From Octopus sinensis (lineage: Eukaryota): a DNA stretch of 64,000 bases. The translations under genes were made by a program, and so were the position numbers. Location: contig NC_043001.1 in assembly GCF_006345805.1 (NCBI RefSeq), positions 29,822,001-29,886,000 on the forward strand. Reading direction: 5' to 3'. Shown piece by piece: positions 13,885-25,690 of this stretch. The notes under the pieces were generated by a model, which saw only the letters and a program-made list of their open reading frames with translations, searched no databases and was not told where the DNA came from. Numbering within the stretch: position 1 is the stretch's first letter; every line of letters begins with the position of its first letter.

Positions 13885-14272
13885 TAAAAATTTTTCAACC
13901 CGAAAGCTGCGGCCATGCTGGGGCACCATCGTTGAATGAGCTACACTAGTATGTGAAACCACTTCTGATACATGGCACTTGGTCAACAAGGGAGTTCGGC
14001 GCCGCTGCCCGCATCTGTGTTTCCTGCCGAGAAGTAGGTTCATCTGGAACCTCTGACAAGAAGAGATCCAGTTTAGTTTTAAAGAAACCCACATCCACAC
14101 CATGCAAGTCTCTCAGGCATTTAGGAAGGATATTGAAGAGCTGTGGTCCCCTGAAACCCAAGCTGTTGCAGTATCTGATCCTGTATTTTGATGGTGATGT
14201 TGGGATCTTTGGGGCAACTTTCAATGCCAAAATTCGGGACAAGACCCTCCAGGATTTTCCAGTTCAGGCGAT
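13885..14272 (-). mobile_element. 5'-truncated CR1-clade LINE 3' end
   Basis: ORF 13946-14242 reads NSLGFRGPQLFNILPKCLRDL...FFKTKLDLFLSEVPDEP, the CR1-type ORF2 terminus. A short 3' UTR follows, then an (AAGGATTT)-like tail. Confidence 0.8.
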
Positions 14273-14344
14273 GGTGAGGGACAAACATAGATACACCAAC
14301 ATACACATACACGCATATATATATATATATATATATATCAATAA

Positions 14345-14433
<89 letters not shown>

Positions 14434-15213
14434 CGGGCTTCTTTCAGTTTCCGTCTAAGTAGCTTGCTTCCCAACCACATAGTTCCGAATTCAGTCCCAC
14501 TGCGTGACACCTCGGGTTATAATGGATTTGATAGCCGGAAACTGAAAGAAGCCCGTCACACACACACACACACATATATGTATATATATATATATATATA
14601 TATACATACATATATAGGGGGGGGGGTAAGTAAGAAGAAAAATAAGCGAAAATACACATTGGAAATCAAAAAAATTAAAGCATTTTTATGAAAAGTAACG
14701 ATAGATATATACAACTAGATGAACTGAGGTAGGAAGTAATAAAAGTCATTATTGTGAATTGTTTATGAGATTTAAAAGCATACCGGTTTCGTAAATTTAC
14801 TAATCATTGCTTTGAATGCACACCGATTAATGAACGGTGTCAGGTCTACTATTCCCTGAGTAAAAAAATATTGTGTGTAAGGGTGGTAAGTAGTTCTGGA
14901 TTTGGTGCAATTAGGGTACATATAGATTTGTAATACCTATATATACGTATGTGCCCGCGTACGCGCATGATTATACGTCTGTATCAATTCATCAGCACTT
15001 CATTTTGTTTCATTTTTCCAATCTTTCTCTGTTACCACCCCAACTAACAATTCTACCACCCTTCTCTTCCATCTCTCTGGCCCTCCCTATCTTCCCGGAC
15101 ATTCGCTGTCGTCTCTAGTATCATAATAACGACAGTCAGCTACAATTCTCAGTTTTCACGCGTTTCGAAAACAACAACAACAACAACAATAACAACAACA
15201 CTAATAATAACAC

Positions 15214-15260
<47 letters not shown>

Positions 15261-15268
<8 letters not shown>

Positions 15269-15483
15269 TTAAAAATATTCAGACAAATACATAACAAAAA
15301 CACCAGGACTTACAAACACATATAACATGCAGAAAATTGCACTACTAGGCACTGCACACATCCTACGCAGAACACTTTCCATACAATAACCATCAGAGCA
15401 TCACAACAAATCACAGCACATACCCAAGGCACACAGAGCTGCGCTCGGTAGTGAAGTGAAAGTACCCTATAAAAATAAAACTA

Positions 15484-15486
<3 letters not shown>
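15261..15486 (+). mobile_element. 5'-truncated R4/Dong-like RLE LINE 3' end inside (AAT)n
   Basis: Translates ...MQKIALLGTAHILRRTLSIQ*, the typical R4-clade C-terminus. (AAT)n lies on both sides (about 15200-15260 and 15487-15540). Confidence 0.72.
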
Positions 15487-15540
<54 letters not shown>

Positions 15541-15788
15541 CCCGAAAGGATGAAAGGCGAAGTCGACCTCGGCACAGGGCCTGAAATTTGGGGATAGGGG
15601 ATAGTTAATAACATTGACCTCAGTACTCAACTGGATCTTATTTTATCGACCCCGAAAGGATGAAAGGCAAAGTCAACCTCGGCGGAATTTGAACTCAGAA
15701 CATGAAGACGGACGAAATGCTGTTAAGCATTTTGCCCGGCGAGCCAGCGATTCTGCCAGCTATGTTGGCATGCATTGCTCTCTCACAC

Positions 15789-15830
<42 letters not shown>

Positions 15831-16340
15831 CCTTTCTACTATAGGCACAAGGCTTGAAATTTGGGGGAGGGGACTAGTCGATTACATCGACCCCAGTGTT
15901 TCACTAGTACTTAATTTATCGACCCCAAAAGGAGGAAAGGCCAAGTCGACACCAGTAGAATTTGAACTCAAAATGTAGCGGTAGACGAAATACCTATTTC
16001 TTTACTACCCACAAGGGGGTAAACACAGAGAGGACAAACAAGGACAGACAAATGGATTAAGTCGATTAATTAAGCGTAACTGGTACTTAATTTATCTACT
16101 CCGAAAGGATGAAGGGCAAAGTCGACCTCGGCGGAATTTGAACTCAGAACGTAATGGCAGACGAAATACCTATTTCTTTACTACCCACAAGGGGCTACAC
16201 ACAGAGGGGACAAACAAGGACAGACAAACGGATTAAGTCGACTATATCGACCCCAGTGCGTAACTGGTACTTATTTTGGCAGACGAAATACCGCTAAGCT
16301 TTTCGCCCGGCGTGCTAACGATTTTGCCAGCTCGCTGCCT
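15831..16340 (-). mobile_element. SINE B trimer (B1, B1, B2)
   Basis: Two GACGAAATACC|TATTTCTTTACTACCCACAAGGGG junctions; terminal B2 tail adjacent to (AAT)n. Confidence 0.82.
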
Positions 16341-16344
16341 CAAT

Positions 16345-16376
<32 letters not shown>

Positions 16377-16887
16377 AACCTCTACTATGACGATGAAATG
16401 GTACTTATCTAGTAAAGAGGACTGAATCCTACAGCTTGTGTTCGAACATAAAAGCAGCAAAAAGTCGCATTTTATTGTCAAGGGATAGTGTAAATTCGCA
16501 AAGGTACTTGTCGTCAACTTTGAATTAGATGAAGAACCTGAAACCACTACTATCAAGCACACAAAACAAATCAAACAAACTGCTCAAAAGAACGGGAACA
16601 AACAAATTGAGTAGCTATGGAGCTAGAAGTCCCTGCATGGACAATATATTCTTAGAAATCAAAATGCTGATGTAAACCAAGCAACAACCCATCAGTGACT
16701 GAAGAGTTTAGGAGTGAAAGCGGAGACTGTTCAACAGGTACTTATTTTATCGACCCCAACAGGATGAAAGGCTAAGTCGACAGCGGCAGAATTTGAATTC
16801 AGAACGTAGCGACTGACGAAATACCGCTAAGTATTTCACCCGGTGTACTAACGATTCTGCCAGCTCGCTGCCTTGATGATAATAATG

Positions 16888-16944
<57 letters not shown>

Positions 16945-17054
16945 CCCTGATGCAGTACCAGGAAGTGACTCTCATAGCTTCTGATCTTAACTGATTGGAA
17001 GTGTTATCGTGTACATTGTTTTGTCTTGGTATAAAAGATGGGCTACAGCACAAG

Positions 17055-17470
17055 ACTAAAGCACGTTTACCAGATATAAGTAGGTTAATGTTCTTAAAAA
17101 TGGTGCTGTTCCAAAATGCAGATTCTGCAACACATTTGATGAATCAATAGACCATCTTTTTTCGTGCTGCCAATGTTAACATGAAACAAATATAAAATTC
17201 CACAGTAGGGTAGTACAATATTCACATCGGAAAATATGTAAACACTACCAAATCGACACTCCTGTTAAGGATGGTGACACTCCTGTTAAGAATGATGACA
17301 CTCCTGTCACCATCCTGTGCGATTTCCCAGTCAATACTAACAGAACAATCCCGGTTAATCGACCAGATATAGTTATTAAAGACAAGGAAGAACATACTTG
17401 TAGACTGACAGATGTAAGTGTTCCAATTGATAAAAACATCAATAAATGAATTGGTAAATATTTCGTAAAG
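17055..17470 (+). mobile_element. R4/Dong-like LINE fragment: CCHC finger + restriction-like endonuclease
   Basis: KCRFCNTFDESIDHLFSCC...RKICKHY, then TILCDFPVNTNRTIPVNRPDIVIKDKEEHTCRLTDVSVP (PD..D RLE motif). Contains a 21-bp tandem triplication at about 17255-17310. Confidence 0.75.
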
Positions 17471-18350
17471 GACCCGTTCGTACCTCGGTGTGAAATAATT
17501 TTTTTCCACAGGTTTTTTCGAGTGTATTCAACGTATCTCACCTCCAAACCCACCGCAAGCCACTTTTTTCTATTATTGAAGGTACTGAGATGAGATTTTA
17601 AAAAAGAGGATGTCAGAAGCATCTTGACATCTTGACAGAAGAAACATATCGCAAAGATATCTAAAAGATTGTACTGACAAGAACCGCCCACATCCTTAGG
17701 AAAACCCTATTAGTTTTAATATGTATGTTGTATTACATAAATGTGTTTCTGTACTGCCCTCCCCAAACTTTCAGTTAGATTTAAACATCTCTTAACACTC
17801 ACTTGCCATAGAGCACTGGGTGTGTCCCGGTCAATGATTGCATCAAACATGCAGATTAAAAGAATGACGTTAACTGATTGAAGGTGTTAACATGTACATG
17901 TTTTGTCTTGGTGTAAAAGACGAGCTACGGCAAATATTCTGCTTAATACCACAGATTTGTCAGTTGCTTGACTCAACGAGTTGAGCATGTACCTTGGTAG
18001 CTGACGATAAATGCTTCTCTGATCATGACCAGGAGTAGTTGGGAAGCATCATAGCCATGTGTTGAGAGTGATTTCTTGGGGTTTGAATAATTCACCTCTG
18101 GAAACATGAGTATTTCGTTCATCAACCTTAAACAACCCTTATTCAGGGACCTTTTGAACAAGATGGACTACTTGACCTGATGGAAATTTTAACTGGTTCA
18201 TTGTTTATCTTGATATGAGATCACATGTCATGCACATGTAATTATGATGCTTGGTGTGCCCTTATCAGACGGGTAGTTATGATGGACATATTGGGCTTCG
18301 TATATTTGTACCTCTGCATCACTTTGGTGGCGTGAGCTGCTATCTCACTC

Positions 18351-18429
<79 letters not shown>

Positions 18430-18658
18430 TTTTCAAATTTTGCATCAAGAGCAACTTTTTAAGGGGAGGGGATGAGTTGATTACATTGACTCCACTGTTC
18501 AACAGGTACTTATTTTATCGACCCCAACAGGATGAAAGGCTAAGACGACCGCGGCGGAATTTGAATTCAGAACGTAGCAACTGACGAAATACCGCAAAGT
18601 ATTTCACCCGGTGTACTAACGATTCTGCCAGCTCGCTGCCTTGATGATGATGATGATG

Positions 18659-18709
<51 letters not shown>

Positions 18710-18728
18710 TAATAATAATAATAATAAT

Positions 18729-19276
18729 GCCCTGATGCAGTACCAGGAAGTGACTCTCATAGCTTCTGATCTTAACTGATTGGAAGTGTTATCGTGTACA
18801 TTGTTTTGTCTTGGTATAAAAGATGGGCTACAGCAAATATTCTGCTCAATACCACAGATTTGCTTCTCAGTTGCTTGACCTTAACCAATTGAGCATGTTG
18901 CTTAGTGGCTGATGGCATGTGCATCCCTGATCATGAGCAGAAGTAGTGGGGGAGCATCATAGCCATGTGTTGAGAGGGTTTCTTTGGGGTTTGGATAATT
19001 CACCTTTTGGAAACATGGGTGGTTCGTTCAACATCCTTAAACAACCTTTATTCAGGGACCTTTTGAGTGAGATGGATTAATCGACTTGAAGAAAATTCTA
19101 ACTGGGCCACGCCTCCAAGGTCATGCACAGTTTTTCTTGATATGAGATTACTATATCTCGTACATATGGTTGTGATGCATGTGCCTGGTGTATCAGACGA
19201 GTAGTCATGATGGGTATACTGGCTTCGTATATTCCACCCCAGTGTCACTTTGATGGCATGCACTGCTTTCCCACTC
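18729..19276. mobile_element. 548-bp element flanked by (AAT)n on both sides; partial copies at 16944-17050 and about 17870-18350
   Basis: Starts GCCCTGATGCAGTACC directly after (AAT)n and ends CCACTC directly before (AAT)n. Three homologous copies lie within 2.4 kb. Confidence 0.7.
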
Positions 19277-19293
19277 AATAATAATAATAATAA

Positions 19294-19497
19294 TTCTTTC
19301 TACTAAAGGCACAAGGCCTGAAAACAGGGGGAAGGGTAAGTCGATTACTTCGTCCCCAGCACTCAGCTGGTACTTAATTTATCGATCTCGGAAGGATGAA
19401 AGGCAAAGTCTACCTCGGCGGAATTTGAACTCAGAACGTAGCGACATGCGAAATACCGCTATGCATTTTGCTAACGATTCGGCCAGCTCATCGCCTT
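19294..19497 (-). mobile_element. SINE 'B2' monomer between (AAT)n tracts
   Basis: B-family head and body with the B2 tail (CAGGCCTTGTGCCTTTAGTAGAAAG). Confidence 0.8.
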
Positions 19498-21351
19498 AAT
19501 AATAATAATAGTTATAATTTTAATACATGATGTTTTCTTCATTATTAGTTGAAGAAAAATGGTTGAAGAAAACATTGAGAACGGTACAGAAAAATACAGT
19601 ATAAGATTTTTAAAAAAGCATGTAAAAAAGTAAAATAACAGAAATAAAAGAAGATTCAAACAAAGAATAATTCCCCCCAAAAAGGGAAACCTCCAGGGAT
19701 TCTCACTCTAACCACGTGGGCATGTGAATTTTCTCAGTTGTTCTCCTAAAATCTAAAGTGTATGCTCGGACCATATTCGCCATTCTCATTCACCTTTCAA
19801 CAAATCTGCTGGTGGGAAGCACAGCCCTCCCTACTTTAAATAAACGATACTGACTGCTAACATTTTGATGATTTTTTTAGCATTTCATAATTTCTTTCAT
19901 AAACACAATACGACAATTCTGGGGACAACAATAGTCGATTATATCAATAACCTGTACTTGAATTGTAGTTTATTTGGGGTTTTTTTTACCTCAATTAACT
20001 GATTTTTTCCTATAGGCACTAGGTAAAATGTTTGAAGGAGGACTACAGTCGATAAAATCGACTCCAGTATTTAATTGCGTAGTATGATGAAAGTTGACCG
20101 CAGCGAGATTTGAACCCTGAACATAAAGGGACGCAAAACCCCTGCTTTGGTTAATAACAAGTATTTTATTTTCCACGGCTGTTCAGCACTGGTTGAACAG
20201 ATCTATGAACGATGACGTTACAGTTGTAACTATTTTGTCTTTTTTTTATCAAGACTACATGATTCAATGTGTCAATCCTCTTTTAAGATGACAAGATGTA
20301 ATTTGAAGTTTGGGTTGCTATTTCTAGAAGGTCAAGCAACCAAGACGGCTGTATAATTAAGAAGTCCACTTCACAACTACATGGTTTCAAGCTCGATCCG
20401 ACTGCGCGATTCCTATGAAAGACTTGATAGACGAAAAATTTGGAAAATTGTCAGAGATATCGTTCTTGCGCCTAGTTTAACACCACCCTAGTCAACAGGT
20501 GTCTTTTTCAGAATCTATTATGTGATAAGTATTTCAGCTAGATAGCTGCTTAGTGGATAACATCCTCGAGGATAAGACATATCTTGAAGTCTTTGAGAAA
20601 AAAATGGCGCTTCTTTACTTTCTCTAATTAATAAAAAATGTAGAAGTTCCTTCGTCGGTACATTCCTAGTAATTCCAAGAGAAAGCAATACTCTGAGGCA
20701 GTAAATGAGTTCATAGAATTAATGCGTTTAGAAAGATGGGCGTAGCTCCGTCACGTAAAAGTGCTACTTGAAATTGCTCTGTATAGAATCAAGATACCTT
20801 TCTCATTTATTATGAAAAGAATGGTGGATAAAAAAACTTCACAGCATTTCTCCCAGATCTTTACGCTCTGAGTTCAAATCCCACCGGAGTCGATAAAATA
20901 AAGTACCAGGTACTTAGGCCGATGTAAATTGACTTGTACCCATCCCATTAAAAATTGTTGGCCTTCTGACAAAATTTGAAACTATTTCACTAGGAAAAAA
21001 TTCCTCTGTTGGTGGTGATGGTAGTGGTGGAATTAGTTAGCTCCAAATCATTTATTTTTTTCTTGGTTTCAAAGTGTATGTTAAAGAAGTGTGTAGATTT
21101 ACTTGAAAGGGATCGAGACAGGGATACTTATATTATTCCGTACTTATTTTGAAGAGACATCAAGAACAATAAATCAAACATCTGGTCTTGTTTTTGAAGG
21201 AAAAAACTATTTTTTAATGGCGTAGAGTCTACTTTGCTCTGTTTTTTCCTGTGGAGTAGATTTGAGGAGAATTTGATCGCTACCTCTGGCAAGTCTAGGA
21301 AAAAGCTAATGTCGTCCTTGTGTTTCTAATGATAGTGCTACTTTAGTGTAT

Positions 21352-21390
<39 letters not shown>

Positions 21391-21396
21391 ATTATA

Positions 21397-21432
<36 letters not shown>

Positions 21433-22440
21433 TATATATGTATGTATATAAACACACACATACACATAGTGAAAGGCAGGCAAACAGAGAGATAGATGTG
21501 TGCGTATGCACGTGTGTATTTGCGTGTGTGCGCGCGCGCGTGCGTGCGTGTGTGAGTGATCGATGGGACCTTTGCGAATTTCGACGTTAGTGAAATATTT
21601 AAAATGTTTACAGTTGGATAGATAGACAAATATAACAAAATAATTTGATAAAAAATGTGAATTTTTTTATTATTTTCTGAGATTTTACAAAAACAACAAA
21701 AATATTTTGTTGCCTGTTCAATTAATTCACTAAAGTATGTGTAAGTGGTTAAGCAATCCGCTGAAAAATTTGACCATTAATGTAATTCTGAATGAGCGAA
21801 ATGCAATATAACACGGGGCCTAAATTTTTAATTAAAAACAGTATTGAAAGAAAGAGAGAAAGAGCTGAACTGGTACTTTATGTATCGACTTCGAAAAAAA
21901 AAAAAAGCAAATTTCACTGTGGTTGGATTTGAGCTCAGAGCACTGACAATCGAAATGAATACTACGAGGTATCCTATCTGATGCTCTAAAGATTCTGTTA
22001 ATTCACTGCCTTACTACAAACACATAAACATATGCACAGATACACAAAGAAACACAGAGACACACTTGAACACACACACGCGTGCGCGCGCGGTAGGGTT
22101 GCATGAATATATGCACGTATGTATAAACATTTATACACACAGAACTATTATATATTAATTCATAATTTTAAACACATACATATATGCATGTGAGTATTAT
22201 ATACGTTAAAAGTCACTTGCCGAAACACCATGCAGTTGGATCGAACCTAGGATCCCATGTTTGCGAACAACACATACACACATATGTGCTTACTTATAAG
22301 CATGTGTGTGTATGTATGTATGTATGTATGTATGAACATGATCATTTGTAATTAAATATTAACATCAGAAATCAGTGAAATCGATGAAAGATGATATTAC
22401 AACACGTACCTCCCGAATTGATTTCCTTTCTTTGATGCAG

Positions 22441-22505
22441 AGCTTATGTTGTCCAGTAGAAATGTAACCTCTCAAAAGACACTTGTAGTTCGGTCAGCCA
22501 CAAAG
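22441..22505 (+). other. Candidate 65-nt spliced exon (LMLSSRNVTSQKTLVVRSATK)
   Basis: Preceded by a pyrimidine tract and CAG (atttcctttctttgatgcag), followed by AAG|GTAAGG, one open frame, in non-repetitive-looking sequence. Confidence 0.35.
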
Positions 22506-23215
22506 GTAAGGACTAAAGCAGACAGTGAATCTACAGCTTATTTTTCTTACAAATTCAAGTCGAGGTGCTTACTATTTTTGAAGTTATTTGATTCATTTAA
22601 TCAGAAAACGACTTGCTGAACCGGTTAAACCAGAGCTGCTCACATAACGGAAATCATTATTGCAGGTTCATAGTTATTAAACAACTCAGCTGAACTTTGA
22701 CGGGATTGAGCTGAACTAGTGGGCGGCTGACGGTGTAGTTTTCACGTTAAGTCTTAATCCATAAAACGCCTTTTTTGTCGCTTTAACAGAACCGTTATTT
22801 AGAATGTAGGGAGAACATTTGTAAATATTGAGTAACATCGCAGTTTTGGCTGTTGTCATTGTTTTTTTAACCTCGGGTCAACTCTTATTAAGGCTTCTAG
22901 CTTTCTCTGACCAACACAATTTTCTTTTTATTCAGGCATTGTGTGAACCTGGACTATATTATCCAACAAATCATTTTTTTAAGACAATAATCTTTTATGA
23001 GAGTTCAGTGACTGCTATTTCTAGCATTTCGTACGACCATATTGCAGTCTGCTCAAAAATAAATTGTTTAGAAATTTCATCAGTAGCTACTCTGTATTTG
23101 AATACACAACACTTGTAAAACTAATTAATATAGTAAACATTTGCATAGACAATTAAAGCACAATGTGACTTTTTATATCGTCTGTCATCGTCAGGAAAAT
23201 CTTATTTCAGTGCAT

Positions 23216-23649
23216 GGATCTTTTCGGTTTGAACGGCAGTTTTTTCTTGCGGTGTCATATGAAATTGTCACCCATAATTATGACCCTAGTATCGATCTAT
23301 TGCATTTCAATCTGTTTTAGGGTTAGGGTTAGTTACAGTTAGGGTTAGGGATGGGGGGAAGGGTATCTTTTTTTCTTCACAAATGTAAATAAACCCAATC
23401 TGTTTCTTAAACGAGGGACATATTCATACGGCACAGAATGCTTTCACCTCAATAGACGGTCATTGATTGGTTGAAATTGCAGAAATTGAAGAAAAAAAAA
23501 CAACAAATATCTTACAAACCATTGAATTTTCTCAATAAAGCCAAGAGAAAGGGATGTTTTATAAACACATTCTAACAGTATACGAAGTTTAAAATTTTTT
23601 AGTTACCTAGAAATTATGTTAAAAACTGCCGTTCAAACCGAAAAGATCC
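23216..23649. mobile_element. MITE with 29-bp perfect TIRs and 8-bp TSD (GG...CC termini, Merlin-like)
   Basis: TIR GGATCTTTTCGGTTTGAACGGCAGTTTTT. TSD CAGTGCAT at 23208-23215 and 23650-23657. Internal TTAGGG repeats. Confidence 0.9.
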
Positions 23650-23999
23650 CAGTGCATTGAACTACCAGAAAAGAGGCCGGATCACCTGGAAATATTACCA
23701 TGTGATAGTGAAGCCATGTTACCCAATGTCATATTCCTTATTCTATAAAGCAGTCATAGGCAGCCTGCTTCCCGAAAAAGGTTACTCATGTCTCCTATAA
23801 ATTTTGGAAATGGATTCCGTCTTTATTTATCTGTTGTGACCAAAGGAATCAATTTTTTCTTCTGTATTTTATTCAGTTCAACACATTTTGTTGCAAATGC
23901 TGTATTTTTTCCTTTGAACATTACTCGCCATTCTGTAACATTTCGTACATATCTGCGGATCTATTTCTAACACCAATAATAAATTTCCCTCCTACAGAA

Positions 24000-24935
24000 T
24001 GTGGGACTTTTTTGCAAAATATTGTTAGTTATCAATACCATAGCACTTGAACCAAGGCAGAAATCTCTATGAGATCGCTCGACTTGCAATAAATAGTAAC
24101 CAAATTTCCATGCTCATATACGCTTTAATGATAAACATCTAAAAAGTTTTACAGAATTTTACAGTTCCAGTGATGGATTGGATCCGTAGTGTTCAAATTA
24201 GCTTCCCATTTTTGGTTTTGGGAAGCCCAATTTATCAAGATTGGTATTTAGGCAGTGTGTTCAGCATAGGTATTATCTTTTTCACTGATCTTCAGCTTTA
24301 TGCTAACATCCAGTGGGCAGCTGATTTCCACAACTGTACACAGTTTCTTTTCTCTATCCCAAATCATCATATCAGGTTTTTTGTGTTTACATTTTATTGA
24401 GGTTTTCACTGGGGCATTGCACCAATACCATAGCACTTGAACCAAGGCAGAAATCTCTATGGGATCGCTCGACTTGCAATAAATAATAACCAAATCTCCA
24501 TGCTCATATACGCTTTAATGATAAACTTCTAAAAAGTTTTACAGATTTTTACAGTTCCAGTGATGGATTGGATTGTAGTGTTCGAATTAGCTTCTACCAT
24601 ACTGTGGGTTCTTATTTCTTTGTCTTCGGAGTTATACTTTCCGCGGATTTCGTTATACAGTGTCCTAGCTACAACATCATGTCTCATCGGTAGATAATAC
24701 CGTGATGGTATTTTCGGACAACTGCTTATGATGTGGGTGATATCTTCGGTGTTAACTCCACAAAATCTGCATCGGTTGTCACATTTTAGTACTTTTCCTG
24801 TATGTATGTATTTTATCGAGGTCTTCACTGGTACATTCCACCAGTATTCCTTTTTATTATAAGTGGCTATGGCTTCTACCATATTGCGATTCTTATTTCT
24901 TTGTCCTCGGGATTATCCTTCCGATGGATTTAAAG
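24000..24935 (-). mobile_element. Rearranged R4/Dong-like RLE LINE fragments
   Basis: CRFCGVNTEDITHIISSCP...RHDVVA finger, KPDMMIWDREKKLCTVVEISCP RLE motif and GTVKICKTF terminus. The ~170-bp 3' end is present twice (about 24033-24203 and 24423-24593). Confidence 0.8.
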
Positions 24936-25357
24936 GTATGTATGTATGTATGTATGTATGTATGTATGTATGTATGTATGTATGTATGTATGTATTATGT
25001 ATGTATGTACATACGTATGTACTAGCTTTTAAGCAACTGACCCTGAATGAGAAGATCTGCAAATAGATCTCTGACTTGTTTTGGAGAATTTGTTGCAATT
25101 GTTTCCTCCAAAGTCTTATCTAATGATGATAATATTCGTCGCAAAAATCATGTAAAAAAATCGCCGTAAACAATCTCAGTAATGAAAATATAAGAATCCA
25201 AAATTTCAGGATAGTAGGTCCGGATTCGGCCCGGAATGTTTTTAATTTACTTACGGGGTCAACTTGATTCCAAAATGGTATGATATGTTGTGCTCCGCCC
25301 TATTGGTGTAAAGTTGAAAAAGTGTTACTCACCGATACACTGACATTCACATTTATC

Positions 25358-25690
25358 ATATCATATCATATCATATCATATCATATCATATCATATCATA
25401 TCATACCATACCATACCATACCATATCATCATATCATATCATATCATATCACATCACATCACATCACATCACATCACATCACATCACATCACATCACATC
25501 ACATCACATCACATCACATCACATCACATCACATCACATCACATCACATCACGCCACGCCACGCCACGCCACGCCACGCCACGCCACGCCACGCCACGCC
25601 ACGCCACGCCACGCCACGCCACGCCACGCCACGCCACGCCACGTCACGTCACATCACATCACATCACATCACATCACATCACATCACATT
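25358..25690. repeat. Compound pentanucleotide microsatellite (ATATC, ATACC, ATCAC, ACGCC, ACGTC, ATCAC)
   Basis: Directly visible blocks of 5-nt units changing stepwise. Confidence 0.95.

Noticed and set aside
18729-19276. Possible HDV-like or hammerhead ribozyme in the AAT-flanked element
   Set aside because: CTGATG is followed by C rather than A, and I could not assemble the nested HDV pseudoknot pairings by eye. Left as a suggested search only.
23160-23196. Minus-strand CTGACGA-TGAC...AGTC hammerhead half-motif
   Set aside because: The GAAA core is absent, so it is too degenerate to call.
23310-23350. TTAGGG repeats as a telomere or fusion scar
   Set aside because: They are internal to a MITE and recur in its other two copies.
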